Shown here one piece after another: positions 21,411 through 33,300 of a stretch of 64,000 bases of DNA. A program made the translations under genes and the position numbers. The notes beneath the pieces are model-generated. The model ran no database searches, was not told the DNA's origin, and was given only the letters and a program-made list of their open reading frames with translations. The stretch comes from a virus (Duplodnaviria; Caudoviricetes), in the IMG/VR virus record IMGVR_UViG_3300046171_000271; one strand, written 5' to 3'. Positions within the stretch are counted from its first letter, which is position 1, and each line of letters begins with the position of its first letter.

Positions 21411-21637
21411 TGGAAAGCGTCGAAAAGCACATCCAAAAAGACAAAGAGATCCTTCAAGATCCTACAACGTCTCCACAACAGCGCCGCCACATCGAAGGAG
21501 AACTACATGAGCTTGAAGTTTATGTAGAGAACCACAAAGAAGAAATTGAAGCAGGGGATCATCATGATCCAACTGCATTAGAACTTTTTTGCGAAGTTGA
21601 ACCAGACGCTGATGAGTGCAGAATTTACGAAGATTGA
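21410..21637 (+). CDS. cp12: CP12 Calvin-cycle inhibitor, phage type
   Basis: 75 aa; C-terminal LELFCEVEPDADECRIYED (C-x8-C-x2-Y-E-D). Confidence 0.92.
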   Translation: MESVEKHIQKDKEILQDPTTSPQQRRHIEGELHELEVYVENHKEEIEAGDHHDPTALELFCEVEPDADECRIYED

Positions 21638-21642
21638 TATAA

Positions 21643-24600
21643 ATGTCAGGACTTTCGGATAAGTACAACTACAAATTAACCTCTGAATACCTCTGGCAAC
21701 TAACTCATATGCCTGCGGTGATTGTTGGTGTCGAAGCACAAGACACAACACAATTCTCTGAAAAGTATGGAGATACCCCACCTGATGTAGTTGCTCAGCG
21801 TTATAGGATCAGACTTTTAGGTATTGATCCTCCCGACAAACCCGAAAATTTACTGCCGCTTGCATATCCTCTTCAACTTACGAGTGGATTGGGTGCTCAA
21901 GATTCCGGGATCATTAGATATACGCCCAATACATATGTCTATGTTTCAAAAGATCCAAACAGTGAGGCATATTATATTGAAAGAGTCATTCCTAATGCTA
22001 TTGCCAAACTTTTTAAATCTGACTCAGCTGACTTATCAGGAACAGGAATACTCCCTTATAGTGGTTTTATTCCTGGGGTAACTGTCGTTCCTGATCCATT
22101 TATTAATGATTTAAAAACAGATTTAAATTCTGCTGAACTTTTTAATACTCAACTACCGTCTCTTGCGGATGTAAATCACGATTATAAAACAAAACTTCCA
22201 AAAATTAAGAGTGCTTGTGATACTGTAAATGTAGATGGTGTCAATGATGCCATCGAGGGCATGATTAAAGATGTTGAATCTCTGAGGACTGGAATTATCG
22301 GTGATGATAGTTTCCTTGCTACTACTCAGAATTTTTTATCAGATGCACAAAATTTCGTTAGTAATACTATACCAAACACATCATTAGGTGTAGGAATTGG
22401 AGAAGATAGTTTTGACATAAGTATTGGAAATGCTGCGGGTGATATCGCAAGAATAATGGCAGCATTAGTTCAAAAAGTTAGAAAATGGATACTTAGAAAA
22501 ATAACAACTGTTGCGAATGTAGTTATAGGTAAAGTTCCATTATCCGCAAGATATCTTGCAAATGAAGTGGGGGACAAAGCACTAACCGCCGCATCTTGTG
22601 CGATTGCAAAAGTTCTAGCAAATCTTGAGGAAACAATTGCTAATATTCTCAAGACTATTGTTAATAAAATTTTAAATGCTGCTGAATGTTTAGTTGAGAA
22701 TGTTATTGGTGGTATTATAGGAAATATTCTTGGAAATATTACTGGGGTTATCAATAGTATATTAAGTAAACTTAGTAGTGTACTCGGTGGACTTGGAGCT
22801 TCTGTAGGGGCAATTATTGATCTAGCAGGAGATATGCTTGATTTTGTGATTAGTATTCTAGATATATTCACTTGTAAAGCAGAAAATCTCTGTCCCGATT
22901 CTAGCACCTGGGATTTTCTTCAAGGTTCAAAACCAAAAAAGAATGAAACTCTAGACTTTGATAGAATATTTGAAAAAGCAAAAGGTGTGACTGCCACCGT
23001 GGCAGACACAGTAGGTAATGTAAGTACTGAGGTTTTACAATCTTTTGATGAAGTTACACGAGAGGGATTTAAAGAAGTTATATTTACAAAAGACGATGGA
23101 ACTGAATTTAATCCACTTGATGAAATAGATTCTGGAATAATTTGGCAAAATATAATTGATGGCGGGTGTAATACAGATGCTGTTAGTTGTGGCCCTCCCT
23201 AATGTTGTATTTTTTGGTGGTGATGGTGACGGAGCAACAGGAAATCCCGTCGTTAATTTAGCAGGAGAACTAATTGGTGTTGATATTATAACTCCTGGAC
23301 AGTATGTTAAACCTCCCTTAGTTTCATTTGAGGATGATTGTGGAAATGGTAAAGGTGCGATTGGTAAGGCAATATTAGGGAGAGTTAAAAATAAAATCGT
23401 TTATGAATGGAAAGAGAGAGTTATCAATGCTGAAGAAGGATCGTTTGCTAATTTTACTATAGTTAGATCTGGACGCACTGATGTTAAATCTAGAGTTAAA
23501 GTCAAAACTCTTAGAAGTAAGGGAAGTGCCATTGCTAAGAAAGATTTTAAATTTTTAAAAGAAAAACTTACATTTAAACCTGGAGAAACAGAAATAAATT
23601 TCAGGGTTAAAGTGAGAGCAAAAGGTAAAGGTGGTGAAGGATTCCAAAACACTGAAGAAGAAGGAAAAGAAAAATTCTATGTTAGTATTACAGCACTTAA
23701 ATTAAAAAAAGAAAAGAATAAAAATATTAAATTAAAAATTAAAAAGAAAAACAAATATGCAAAATGTATAATTACTGACTCTTTTGATGATGAAGATTTA
23801 AGGGAGGATGACATCATCGATGATGATGATGATCTGGATGATGAGGAGGTTGATGATAATATTGATGATCCTGATGATGATAAGGATGATGATATTATAG
23901 GAGTAACAGATGTCGTCATGGATGATTCTGGATATAACTATTTGCAAAATCCGACAGGAGAAAAAGGTGGTGGCGGAAGAGTTTGGGCTAATAGATGTCA
24001 AACTACAGTTCAGAGAGCCAATTTTAATTGGGATACACCTTATAATAAAGATGATGAAATAACAGCATATTATGGAGATACTATTACTTTACCCGGTAAA
24101 AAACCTGTTTTAATAGATCAAAACTTTACTGCTGATATGATTCCAGGTTGTATTGTTAAAGGTACAAATCCTAAAATCAAAGACATGACTAAATTTGATT
24201 ATAAGGTTGGAAAAGTTTATGAAGAGGGTAAATCATATAAATTTGGAGCGGCTTCAGATTATAAACTTGCCAAGGAACAAGGATTTTCTGATCAAGACAT
24301 TAGATTTTACTTAGAAAATAAATTCTTCATTAGAATTGGTGGAGTGATGAGAGAAAAATTATTAGATCCCAATTTTGGTAAAATTCCTGAATTTAGCGTT
24401 ACAGTAACTGCACCAGGATGTCCTCCCGGAACGCCTGAGGATCCAAATGAACGTCCATCACCACCAACACTACCATCATCACTACCAACAGCAAGTCTTA
24501 TAGCAACAGCATCTGCTGGAGGATCTTATACGTTGAGATGGAGTTCTACTGGTGGATCAACCTATACTTTGACTGGCGAACCTAATCCAGGAGCTTCTGG

Positions 24601-25627
24601 TAGTAAGATTGTTTCTCCAAAATCATCAACATCTTATACTTATACTGTTACAGACGCATCTGGTAAATCTACATCTGCTAATGCAACAGTTGTAGTTCCA
24701 GAGGCTTCCGTAGCACCACCACCATCAGCAAGTCTTATAGCAACAGCATCTGCTGGAGGATCTCATACGTTGACATGGACTTCTACTGGTGGATCAACTT
24801 ATACGTTAACAGGTGAACCTAATCCAGGATCTTCTGGTAATAAAAAAGTTTCTCCAAAATCATCAACATCTTATACTTATACTGTTAAAGGGCCTGGTGG
24901 AACTACATCTGTATCTGCAACAGTCATAGTTACAGAGACAACTAAATCACCAACACCACCGACAGCACCAACCGCGCCACCAACCGCGCCAACAGCAAGT
25001 CTTACAGCAACGAAAATTTCTGGAGGATCATCCACCTTGACATGGAGTTCAACTGGCGGATCAAAGTATACTTTAACTGGTGAACCTGATCCCGGATCTA
25101 CTGGTAGTAAGAGTGTTTCTCCAACATCAACAACAACTTATACTTATGTTGTAGAAGATGCATCTGGTAATACTGCATCTGCTAGTGCAATAGTTGTAGT
25201 TTCAGCGGCTGCTACACCATCAGCACCGCCGCCACCACCGACACCACCGACACCACCAACTCCAGATGACGATGATGATGGTGATAGCGGTAGTAATAAA
25301 GAAGTCGTCGCAATATTAGATAATAAAGTTTTTATTGAAAATGGAGGATTTAAATATTGCGAAGACGATGAATTAATTATTGGTGATGGAAATAATGGAT
25401 CTGGTAGATTGATTGTCGATAGAAGAGGTACAATCAGAGGAGTTGTAATTACTAATCCTGGTATTGGTTTTACAAGCATTCCAGAAATGAGAATAAATAC
25501 GAAGTGTGGTGGATTTAATGCTAATTTGAAACCAATATTGAAATTTATTAATGTTAATGATTCTGGATTTGTTGTTCCACCAGGAACTCCAACTATAAAA
25601 GTTATCGATTGTGTAGGTAAGGTATAA
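21643..25627 (+). CDS. Baseplate hub/spike protein, gp5-like N-terminus, with Calx-beta and three Ig-like repeats (frameshift near 23195)
   Basis: RYRIRLLG OB-fold-like start; ORFs 21643-23202 and 23156-25627 join; terminal VIDCVG. Confidence 0.6.
24480..25205 (+). repeat. Three ~75-aa intragenic repeats with Pro-rich linkers
   Basis: ASL.AT...GGS.TL.W.STGGS.YTLTGEP.PG.SG.K.VSP.S.T.YTY.V three times; CAGCAAGTCTTA at ~24489, 24726, 24991. Confidence 0.9.
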
Positions 25628-26233
25628 TGGGTGCAGCAAAGTGTCCTGATTTTAAAAGTATCGGTAATACCGTTGGCGAAGTTGCATTTGAACAGGTAGA
25701 TAGTCAAAATAATAAACAAGCGGTGATGATACGCCGTATTTTTCCCAATCCTGGATTTAGAAGAAGTCAATATATTGGACTTCAAATGAGTGGAGCACTC
25801 AATGGATCTATTAACGTATCAGCACCAGCATGTTACAATGTTCGTTGTGGAGAAAAACCAGTAGATGGCATCGCTGGCGTAACATACGCTGAAAACGGTG
25901 ATTTAATTTTATATGCCCCTAGAGGAAGAATAAGAATCGTAGCGCAAGATATTGATCTTATTGCAGAAGGTAATGGTGACACTACTGGGTTCATAAACAT
26001 TCATTCAAATGCTGCCATTGATATGGACACTGCTGAAATGAGTGTGCAGGCAGATGATTCTGTTGGTATTGCTGCAGAAAGAAGTGTAAATATTAATTGT
26101 ATGCAAAAAGTAAAGTGAGTGCAGCAAACTTTAAAGTAGTTGAAACTGCTGATGTTGCTTCATTGCTAGGCACTGGATCCAATACTGTTTTCCAGACAAT
26201 TGAAGGAGTTAAAAAACTTATAAGGAGTTTAGT
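25627..26233 (+). CDS. Baseplate-associated hypothetical protein (probable frameshift near 26110)
   Basis: 163-aa ORF with ENGDLILYAPRGRIRI; end approximate. Confidence 0.55.
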
Positions 26234-26238
26234 ATAAC

Positions 26239-27264
26239 ATGGAAGTAGGAGATATTCATGTAGGAAAACAACTATCTTGTGTTTTCACACCCCAAGGATT
26301 AAATCCAACTACAGCAATTAATCCATTTGGTTTTGGAGAAAAAGCTGTTTGCGGAACAGGACATTTTAATGGTGGTGTGTTAGTTGGAAGTGGTAAATAT
26401 TTCCCAGTGCCTCACCCAACGGCATCATTGATGGTAACTCGTCCATCTCTTGATGAAAATCCATTAGCTATTGCTCCATCAATTGTCCATATTAGAGGTG
26501 CTTTACCCATACCACCAACACCAATTGATGTAATTGTTGGTGATGAAGCATTTGGGCCTGTTGGTGTTAAGATGTTTTGCTCAACTTTAAATATAGTTAC
26601 CGCATCTCTTACAGTTGAAATAGCACCTCTTAAGAAAAAGACTATCGCCCTAGAAAAGGCAACAGGTGCTGAAGTAACAACAGGTGCTCAAGTTGAAACT
26701 GGTGTTCAAGCACAAGCAGGTGCAGAAGTAAGAGCATCTGCTAAGTCAATTATGGGCCCTACAGCTTTTAGTGGAAACGTTACTGCTCCTGTTTTTATAG
26801 GAGCTCTTAATGGTGTTGCAACTGGAAATAAAACCATAGGTGCTTTTGATATTCCTCATTGGACGAAGAAAAATACCAGAATACGTCACATCATTGCTGA
26901 AGGCCCTGAACCTGGAATATATGTTCGTGGAAAAGTAAAAGGCAATGTTATTGAACTCCCAGAATACTGGGAAGGACTTGTTGATCCAGATACAATCACA
27001 GTTACTTTAACTGCTTTTGGCAGGGCTCAGAATTTATATGTTAAAGAAATTGAAGATGGTAAGAGAGTGATTATTGCAAATGAAGATCTCTCTACGCCAA
27101 ATTGTCATTATGAAGTGTGGGTAGCAAGGTGGATTGATCCACGAGATCATGATAAAATATTACATGTAACTTATGAAGGAGAAACACCTGCAGATTATCC
27201 CGGCGATCCTAAAGATTTCTTAGTAGGTGGTTGGGATTATGATCGAAGAGAAACAGAGTGGTAA
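26239..27264 (+). CDS. Virion structural protein, hypothetical
   Basis: 341 aa; beta-strand repeat AEVTTGAQVETGVQAQAG; C-terminal IELPEYWEGLVD domain. Confidence 0.7.
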   Translation: MEVGDIHVGKQLSCVFTPQGLNPTTAINPFGFGEKAVCGTGHFNGGVLVGSGKYFPVPHPTASLMVTRPSLDENPLAIAPSIVHIRGALPIPPTPIDVIVGDEAFGPVGVKMFCSTLNIVTASLTVEIAPLKKKTIALEKATGAEVTTGAQVETGVQAQAGAEVRASAKSIMGPTAFSGNVTAPVFIGALNGVATGNKTIGAFDIPHWTKKNTRIRHIIAEGPEPGIYVRGKVKGNVIELPEYWEGLVDPDTITVTLTAFGRAQNLYVKEIEDGKRVIIANEDLSTPNCHYEVWVARWIDPRDHDKILHVTYEGETPADYPGDPKDFLVGGWDYDRRETEW

Positions 27265-27305
27265 TGAATCAAATGATAATCATTTTTTTAATGGGAGAAT
27301 AAACT

Positions 27306-28748
27306 ATGGCATCAGAGGATATTAAAAAACTTATTAAAAAATCTGTTGATGTTAAAGTTCAACAAATTGGATTTGTTCAAGATGAAATTGTCATCGCTGA
27401 TGATGATAAATCATTTTATGATGAAGCAATAGAAAAGATTGAAAGACATGTTTTTGAAGAAATTGAAGATGTAAATAGATCATTTGTTGATGTCCAGACT
27501 GCATATCAGGATCGAATTGATTCACCCTGTAGAACAGATTTATTTTGGAGATATGTTGGATCAGTGACAGTTGGTAGTGAAAGGCCAACCACCACAAATT
27601 ATTTCTTATGCACAAAATTAAAAGTTACACCTTATAGTAATAATGTTGGACTTGGATCAACAACAACAACATCTACTATGGTAAAATTGAATTCTGATGG
27701 AACCACTACTACAGTTAATCTTGAAAATGAACTTGCTTTTGATCGAAGAGATTTTTATGGATTAAAATACTATGAAGAACCATTTAATGAAGATATTGGC
27801 AATTCTTTAATCGGTTCATTTATTGGTACATGTAGTGTTGGATCAACAGAGATCACTATAATGAATCTAACGGAAAATAACACAAAATATGAACCTGGAC
27901 AGATGATTTCTCGTTGCACTAAGCCTGATGTTCTTTTAATTGATCCTGTTAAAATTACAGAAGTTGGTATTGGAACATTAACAGTAAATCTTAATCCTGT
28001 TGGTATAGATAGCACACAAGCAACAGTTAATATTCTTAAGACTAATGTTGCGATGGGGAATAGTGCAACTGCTCCAGAACCTGATAATTCACTCGTCAGT
28101 TTTAGAGTTATTGCAGATCCTGATGACTTTTTAGAAGGTACGCAAAAATATCAAATTCCATTTGAAAAAGATCCATTTAATGATCAAGTCATTAGTATTG
28201 CTACAACATCTAATATTGGTGCAGGTAAATCAGTTTATCTTGTCCAAAATGGAGTTACTACTAAACAAGATGAATGGAATACTGGAGATATATACAAAAT
28301 AAATGATAATGGAGACTTTTATGTTACCGAACCAGAAGTTGGCCCTGGAAGAATTTACTTTAAACTTGGATTTGATGAAAAACCAATTCTTTTAAATGGA
28401 GATGACGCTGAGGAAGGTGATGTTAGAACAAACATTGGCGGGATGCCAGGGCCATTTCCTTCTCCATTCTACGAATCATTAAATTCTTGCTCATCTGCAA
28501 TTAATGATGCAATAACAAATACACTTGGTATTTCATCCACAAAGGAGACTGCACTTGCTAATAATGATTCAGTAAATCAAAAATTACTTGTGGCATCTAA
28601 TGCATTACGAACACAGCGTAATATTTTTTCTCTTAAAATTTTCGGTATGCGTAAGATTTTGGGAAGTGAGAATAGTGATATAGATACTTTTAATGGACTT
28701 AATTCCATTTTAGAAGATCCTACAATTTTGGATGTTATAGATGACTGA
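27306..28748 (+). CDS. Virion structural protein, hypothetical
   Basis: 480-aa intact ORF in structural module. Confidence 0.7.
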   Translation: MASEDIKKLIKKSVDVKVQQIGFVQDEIVIADDDKSFYDEAIEKIERHVFEEIEDVNRSFVDVQTAYQDRIDSPCRTDLFWRYVGSVTVGSERPTTTNYFLCTKLKVTPYSNNVGLGSTTTTSTMVKLNSDGTTTTVNLENELAFDRRDFYGLKYYEEPFNEDIGNSLIGSFIGTCSVGSTEITIMNLTENNTKYEPGQMISRCTKPDVLLIDPVKITEVGIGTLTVNLNPVGIDSTQATVNILKTNVAMGNSATAPEPDNSLVSFRVIADPDDFLEGTQKYQIPFEKDPFNDQVISIATTSNIGAGKSVYLVQNGVTTKQDEWNTGDIYKINDNGDFYVTEPEVGPGRIYFKLGFDEKPILLNGDDAEEGDVRTNIGGMPGPFPSPFYESLNSCSSAINDAITNTLGISSTKETALANNDSVNQKLLVASNALRTQRNIFSLKIFGMRKILGSENSDIDTFNGLNSILEDPTILDVIDD

Positions 28749-28983
28749 ACCTAATTTTGAATTTCTGCACGGCAGAACAACGAAGAATATGATTGAACTT
28801 CCTAAGTCATGGGAAGATACTGTAGATATGAGTACAGTGACGATTCACCTTACTCAGGTGGGTTCTAACCAGGACTTGCGTGTGAAGCGTCACCAGGGTA
28901 CAGAGATTCACCTCTCAACCAATGGACTGCCAGTAGATTGCTATTATATGATCGTGGGTGAATTGCTTGACAAGGACGCCTGA
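28741..28983 (+). CDS. Hypothetical protein related to C-terminal domain of 26239-27264
   Basis: IELPKSWEDTVDMSTVTIHLTQVG vs IELPEYWEGLVDPDTITVTLTAFG. Confidence 0.7.
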   Translation: MTEPNFEFLHGRTTKNMIELPKSWEDTVDMSTVTIHLTQVGSNQDLRVKRHQGTEIHLSTNGLPVDCYYMIVGELLDKDA

Positions 28984-28995
28984 GTCCTCTATAAT
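28967..28995 (+). promoter_or_regulatory. Sigma70-type promoter
   Basis: TTGACA-N17-TATAAT perfect consensus. Confidence 0.75.
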
Positions 28996-29020
28996 AAGTG
29001 GGTAATCAAGGGAACACCCA

Positions 29021-29203
29021 ATGCAAGACGAGTATCTCTCCCGAGTCGTCATCGATCCTTCTGCCCGTAACTTTTATCTTTACTCTAGCGAGGGTGATGA
29101 AAAAGTTGTTGATTGTACTACTATTGACGAATTCATGAGTGTGATGTCTTTTATTCGTTCTACTGCGTCTGACGACGTTATTGCATATGCTAACCCACTC
29201 TGA
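29021..29203 (+). CDS. Small conserved cyanophage protein
   Basis: 60-aa ORF after consensus promoter. Confidence 0.65.
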   Translation: MQDEYLSRVVIDPSARNFYLYSSEGDEKVVDCTTIDEFMSVMSFIRSTASDDVIAYANPL

Positions 29204-29238
29204 ATCCCTGTATCAAGAAATCCTTAAGTGTTACGAGT

Positions 29239-29400
29239 ATGAGAGCAGAAACCCGACAATCTATGGAAATGTTATTCGAGTCGAAATGGAATTTGCCAAA
29301 AGCAGCAGAAAATTGCGGGTTGACAAATAAAGAAATGAAAATAACATTTAACGAATATTGTCGTCTTAATCCACCAACGTATGATTCTCAACAACCTTAA
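29239..29400 (+). CDS. Small hypothetical protein
   Basis: MRAETRQSMEMLFESKWNLPKAAENCGLTNKEMK (my translation). Confidence 0.5.
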   Translation: MRAETRQSMEMLFESKWNLPKAAENCGLTNKEMKITFNEYCRLNPPTYDSQQP

Positions 29401-29656
29401 AATTTATTGTCAGACTGAAGAAGATCAAGAATCAATTGTTGACTACATACTTGATGAATACCCAGATGTTAAGATTAGCACCTGGGAACCTGATGGAGAA
29501 CCAGGATCATGGGGAATGTTCGTTGATGACTTCCCTATTGAAGTTTGGGAAATGCTCTGCCGATTCCTTGATAGTGAAGATGCATTCGTGCTTGACGAAG
29601 AAGTGGAAATGGCGTTAGAATGTGATGAACCAAGGATAAACAAATACTATCCTTGA
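29381..29656 (+). CDS. Acidic hypothetical protein
   Basis: 91-aa ORF. Confidence 0.6.
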   Translation: MILNNLKIYCQTEEDQESIVDYILDEYPDVKISTWEPDGEPGSWGMFVDDFPIEVWEMLCRFLDSEDAFVLDEEVEMALECDEPRINKYYP

Positions 29657-29680
29657 TTTTTTGGGAGCAATCTCATTTTT

Positions 29681-29754
29681 GCGCGAGTAGTCCAATGGCA
29701 GGAGACACCAAACTTAAAATTTGTACAGTGCGGGTTCGAGTCCCGCCTCGCGTA
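29681..29754 (+). tRNA. trnL: tRNA-Leu(UAA)
   Basis: Acceptor GCGCGAG/CTCGCGT, anticodon loop CTTAAAA, T-loop GGTTCGAGTCC. Confidence 0.85.
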
Positions 29755-29774
29755 TTGCTAAACAGTAGACAATA

Positions 29775-29781
29775 CTAAATA
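29775..29781 (+). promoter_or_regulatory. Late promoter-like box for the HNH gene
   Basis: CTAAATA ~20 nt before ATG 29803. Confidence 0.45.
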
Positions 29782-29802
29782 ACGACAGTATAGTCTTCTG
29801 TT

Positions 29803-30264
29803 ATGGCAAAATCTAGGAATTACACTAATGAACAATTTGCGGAAGCAGTTGCGAATAGTGGTAGTATACGTCAAGTTCTGCAAAAACTGAATTTGAGAGA
29901 AGCTGGAGGAAACTACCAGTGCGCCAAAGAGCGTATTGGACAATTAAATTTAGATATTTCTCATTTTCACGGACAAGCATGGAATAAAGGTAAAAACTTA
30001 CCTAAAAGGCAACCCCTAGAAACTTATCTTGTGGAGAATAAACTAGTTCAGTCAAATAGTCTCAAAAAACGCCTAATCAGAGAAGGCATCAAACAACACA
30101 AATGTGAGATGTGCGGTATTACAGAGTGGAACGGCAAACCCACTCCCATTGAACTTGATCATATTGATGGAAACCGGTATAATAATACCATAGAGAACCT
30201 ACGCATTCTCTGCCCCAACTGTCACGCACAGACAGATACATATAGGGGCAAAAATAAAAAATAA
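29803..30264 (+). CDS. Free-standing HNH endonuclease between two tRNA genes
   Basis: CEMCG Zn knuckle, IELDHIDGNRYNN..ENLRILCPNCH. Confidence 0.88.
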   Translation: MAKSRNYTNEQFAEAVANSGSIRQVLQKLNLREAGGNYQCAKERIGQLNLDISHFHGQAWNKGKNLPKRQPLETYLVENKLVQSNSLKKRLIREGIKQHKCEMCGITEWNGKPTPIELDHIDGNRYNNTIENLRILCPNCHAQTDTYRGKNKK

Positions 30265-30268
30265 CATT

Positions 30269-30340
30269 GCCCCTGTAGCTCAATGGCAGAGCAACGCTTT
30301 TGTAAAGCGTAGGTTGTCCGTTCAAATCGGATCGGGGGCT
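30269..30340 (+). tRNA. trnT: tRNA-Thr(UGU)
   Basis: GCCCCTG acceptor, D-arm TAGCTCAATGGCAGAGC, ACGCT-TTTGTAA-AGCGT anticodon arm, GTTCAAATC T-loop. Confidence 0.92.
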
Positions 30341-30359
30341 TAACGAGAAGACAGCGGTA

Positions 30360-30366
30360 ATAAATA
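30360..30366 (+). promoter_or_regulatory. T4-type late promoter box
   Basis: ATAAATA before giant structural gene. Confidence 0.55.
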
Positions 30367-30393
30367 ACTCATACAGAATAGTGTGTTAGTAAG

Positions 30394-33300
30394 ATGCCTC
30401 TCAGTCGTCTAGATAATTTTCTAAAGAATGCGCGTGGCAACATTCTCTACGTAAACCCAAACGATTTAGATGCCACAGACTCTATTGAGAATCAAGGAAA
30501 TTCTCTAGCACGTCCATTTAAGACGATTCAAAGAGCACTTATTGAATCAGCTAGATTTTCATATCAAACTGGATTAGATAACGATAGATTTAGTAAGACA
30601 ACTATACTTTTATATCCTGGTGAGCACGTAGTTGATAATCGTCCTGGATGGATTCCGGACGGAGCAGGTACTTTTAAATTAAGAGACGGATCTACATCTA
30701 CAGATTTTCCCGATTTTTCACTGAGCACTAATTTTGATCTCACATCTGACAACAACGCATTATATAAACTTAACAGTGTTCATGGTGGAGTTATTCTACC
30801 TAGAGGAACTTCTCTGGTAGGTTTAGATCTTCGTAAGACAAAGATTCGTCCTAAGTATATTCCTGATCCTGAAAATGCAAACATTGAAAGATCCGCGTTA
30901 TTCAGAGTAACTGGCACTTGTTACACATGGCAGTTCTCCATCTTTGATGGTGATCCTAACGGAACAGTTTTCAAAGATTATTCTTCAAATATTTTTGTTC
31001 CAAACTTCTCTCACCATAAACTTACTTGCTTTGAGTATGCTGACGGAAAGAATAATGTAAAAATTAATGATGCGTTTATTTCTGATTATGATGGCGGAAG
31101 AACCTGATCTTGACATGTATTATGAAAAGGTTGGTTTAGCATATGGTGTTTCATCTGGAAGACAAATCACACCAAACTATCCTAATTCTGGAGTTGATAT
31201 TCAACCCAAGATTGATGAGTTCCGTATTGTAGGCCCTAAGAGTGGTGCAATTGGTATTTCAAGTATCAAAGGCAGGTGATGGCGTAACTGCTACAACAGA
31301 AGTTACTGTTACTCTTGAGAGTGCATTATTTGGTTTAGATGTTGATACGCCAATTAAGGTATCTGATGTTGCTACAGATGCATATAACGGACAGTTTGTT
31401 GTTAGTGATGTATTAGCATCAACAACTGAGGGAACCACACAGTTTAAGTATAGTGTATCTAATCCTCCTTCTAATGCACTTCCTACCGTCACTGGATCAA
31501 AGGTAGATCTTCAGTCTGATAGTGTCACTTCAGCATCTCCCTATATCTTCAATATCTCTCTGCGTTCCGTCTTTCGGTATGTGCGGAATGCACGCTGATG
31601 GAAGCAAAGCACTAGGATTTAAGTCCATGGTAGTTGCCCAGTTCACGGGCATTGGACTTCAAAAAGATAAGAATGCATTTGTTAAATATAATCCTACCAG
31701 CGGTGAGTATAAGGATTCAACCTTTGCTGGTAATGCAAACATCAATGAAGATAGTCGTGCTATCTTTAAACCAGATTACGAAAACTATCATATTAAAGCA
31801 TCAAATGATTCTGTAATTCAGATCGTTTCGTGTTTTGCCATTGGTTATGCTCAGCACTTTGTAACTGAAAGTGGTGGTGACTTATCAGTCACTAACTCTA
31901 ACTCAAACTTTGGTGCAAAAGCACTTGTATCTAAAGGATTCAAGAGCACTTCATTCTCAAGAGATGATGTTGGATATATCACTCACATTATTCCACCGAA
32001 AGAACTTGAGACTACAACAGGTGCAATTGAGTTTAATGCAATCGATGTTCACAAAACTGTAGTTGGTGTCGCTTCAACTAGCAGACTCTATCTTTATAAT
32101 CAAACAAATTAAGTGTTCCTCCTGACAGTGTTGTTGAGGGTTATAGAATTGGTGCTAAAGAGAATGATTCCTTAAATGTTTTAATACCTGATAGTAATGG
32201 CACTCCCACGAACTATTCAGCTCGTATTGTAATGCCAGATACTGAGTTATCATCAACTCAGGATTCGTTCCAAAAACTTCACAAGGTTGGCAGAAACTCT
32301 GGTATTAACAGTATTACATCAAATACAATTACACTTGATGCAGATCATAATATTCTTTCTGGTGAGAGTATACGTGTTGTAGCAGAAGATGGGCATCTTC
32401 CTGATGGTTTAGAAAACAATGTAATATATTTTGCTATTACATCTGGTGTGGGAGCAGATCAGATTAAGATTGCTAAAACTCTTAATGACTCTATCACTGG
32501 TGATGCTATCACTATCAATAATAAAGGTGGTATTCTTAGAGTTCAAAGTAGAGTATCTGATAAAGTTGCTGGCGACATTGGACACCCAATTCAGTTTGAT
32601 ACTGACGAATCTCAGTGGTATGTTACCTGTAGGAACTGCGTCCACAGATAATAACATCTATTCCACAATTTCAGGACTTGGAACTGCATCACTTGGATCT
32701 GCCACTCCAAGAACCTTTATTAATCGTCAACCTGACACAAGAAATGTCATTGATACGATTTATAGAGCACGTTATGTAATTCCTGCTGGTTCTGGAATCA
32801 CTTCTGCTCGTCCTCCTGTTGATGGTTACATCCTGCAGGATTCTTCAACAGTTGTTGGATCAACTGATACTGAAGTTGCATCACACTTTAGTCCTACTAC
32901 AGTTTCAATTAGCAATGTAGACGAACAGAGAAACTTTAGATTTATTGCCAATGCAAGTTGGAGTAGCAATGTTGCAAATATTTTAACAGAACTTCCTCAC
33001 GATCTTAAAGTTGGTTCGGAGGTTGAGATTAAGAATATTACCAGTGCAAATAATCCTGTTGGCACTGCAAATTCTGGATTTAATGGTAAGTTCAATGTTA
33101 CGGGAATTACTAGTGCAAGAGAATTTGCTATTTCTCTTGTAAGTTCTGCTGGCCCTGGTTCGTTCACTAATGATACATCTAGTAGAACAACCAGTCTGCC
33201 TACATTCACTCAGACAAGAACAAAGGGAACATATCAAGCATATCGTTCACAGCAGATTCAAAAGTATGTTCCTGGTGAGCAAGACGGTATTTACCATCTG

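Noticed and set aside
29681-29754. Intron in tRNA-Leu(UAA), as in cyanobacterial hosts
   Set aside because: Anticodon loop is contiguous; the HNH gene lies downstream of the tRNA, not within it
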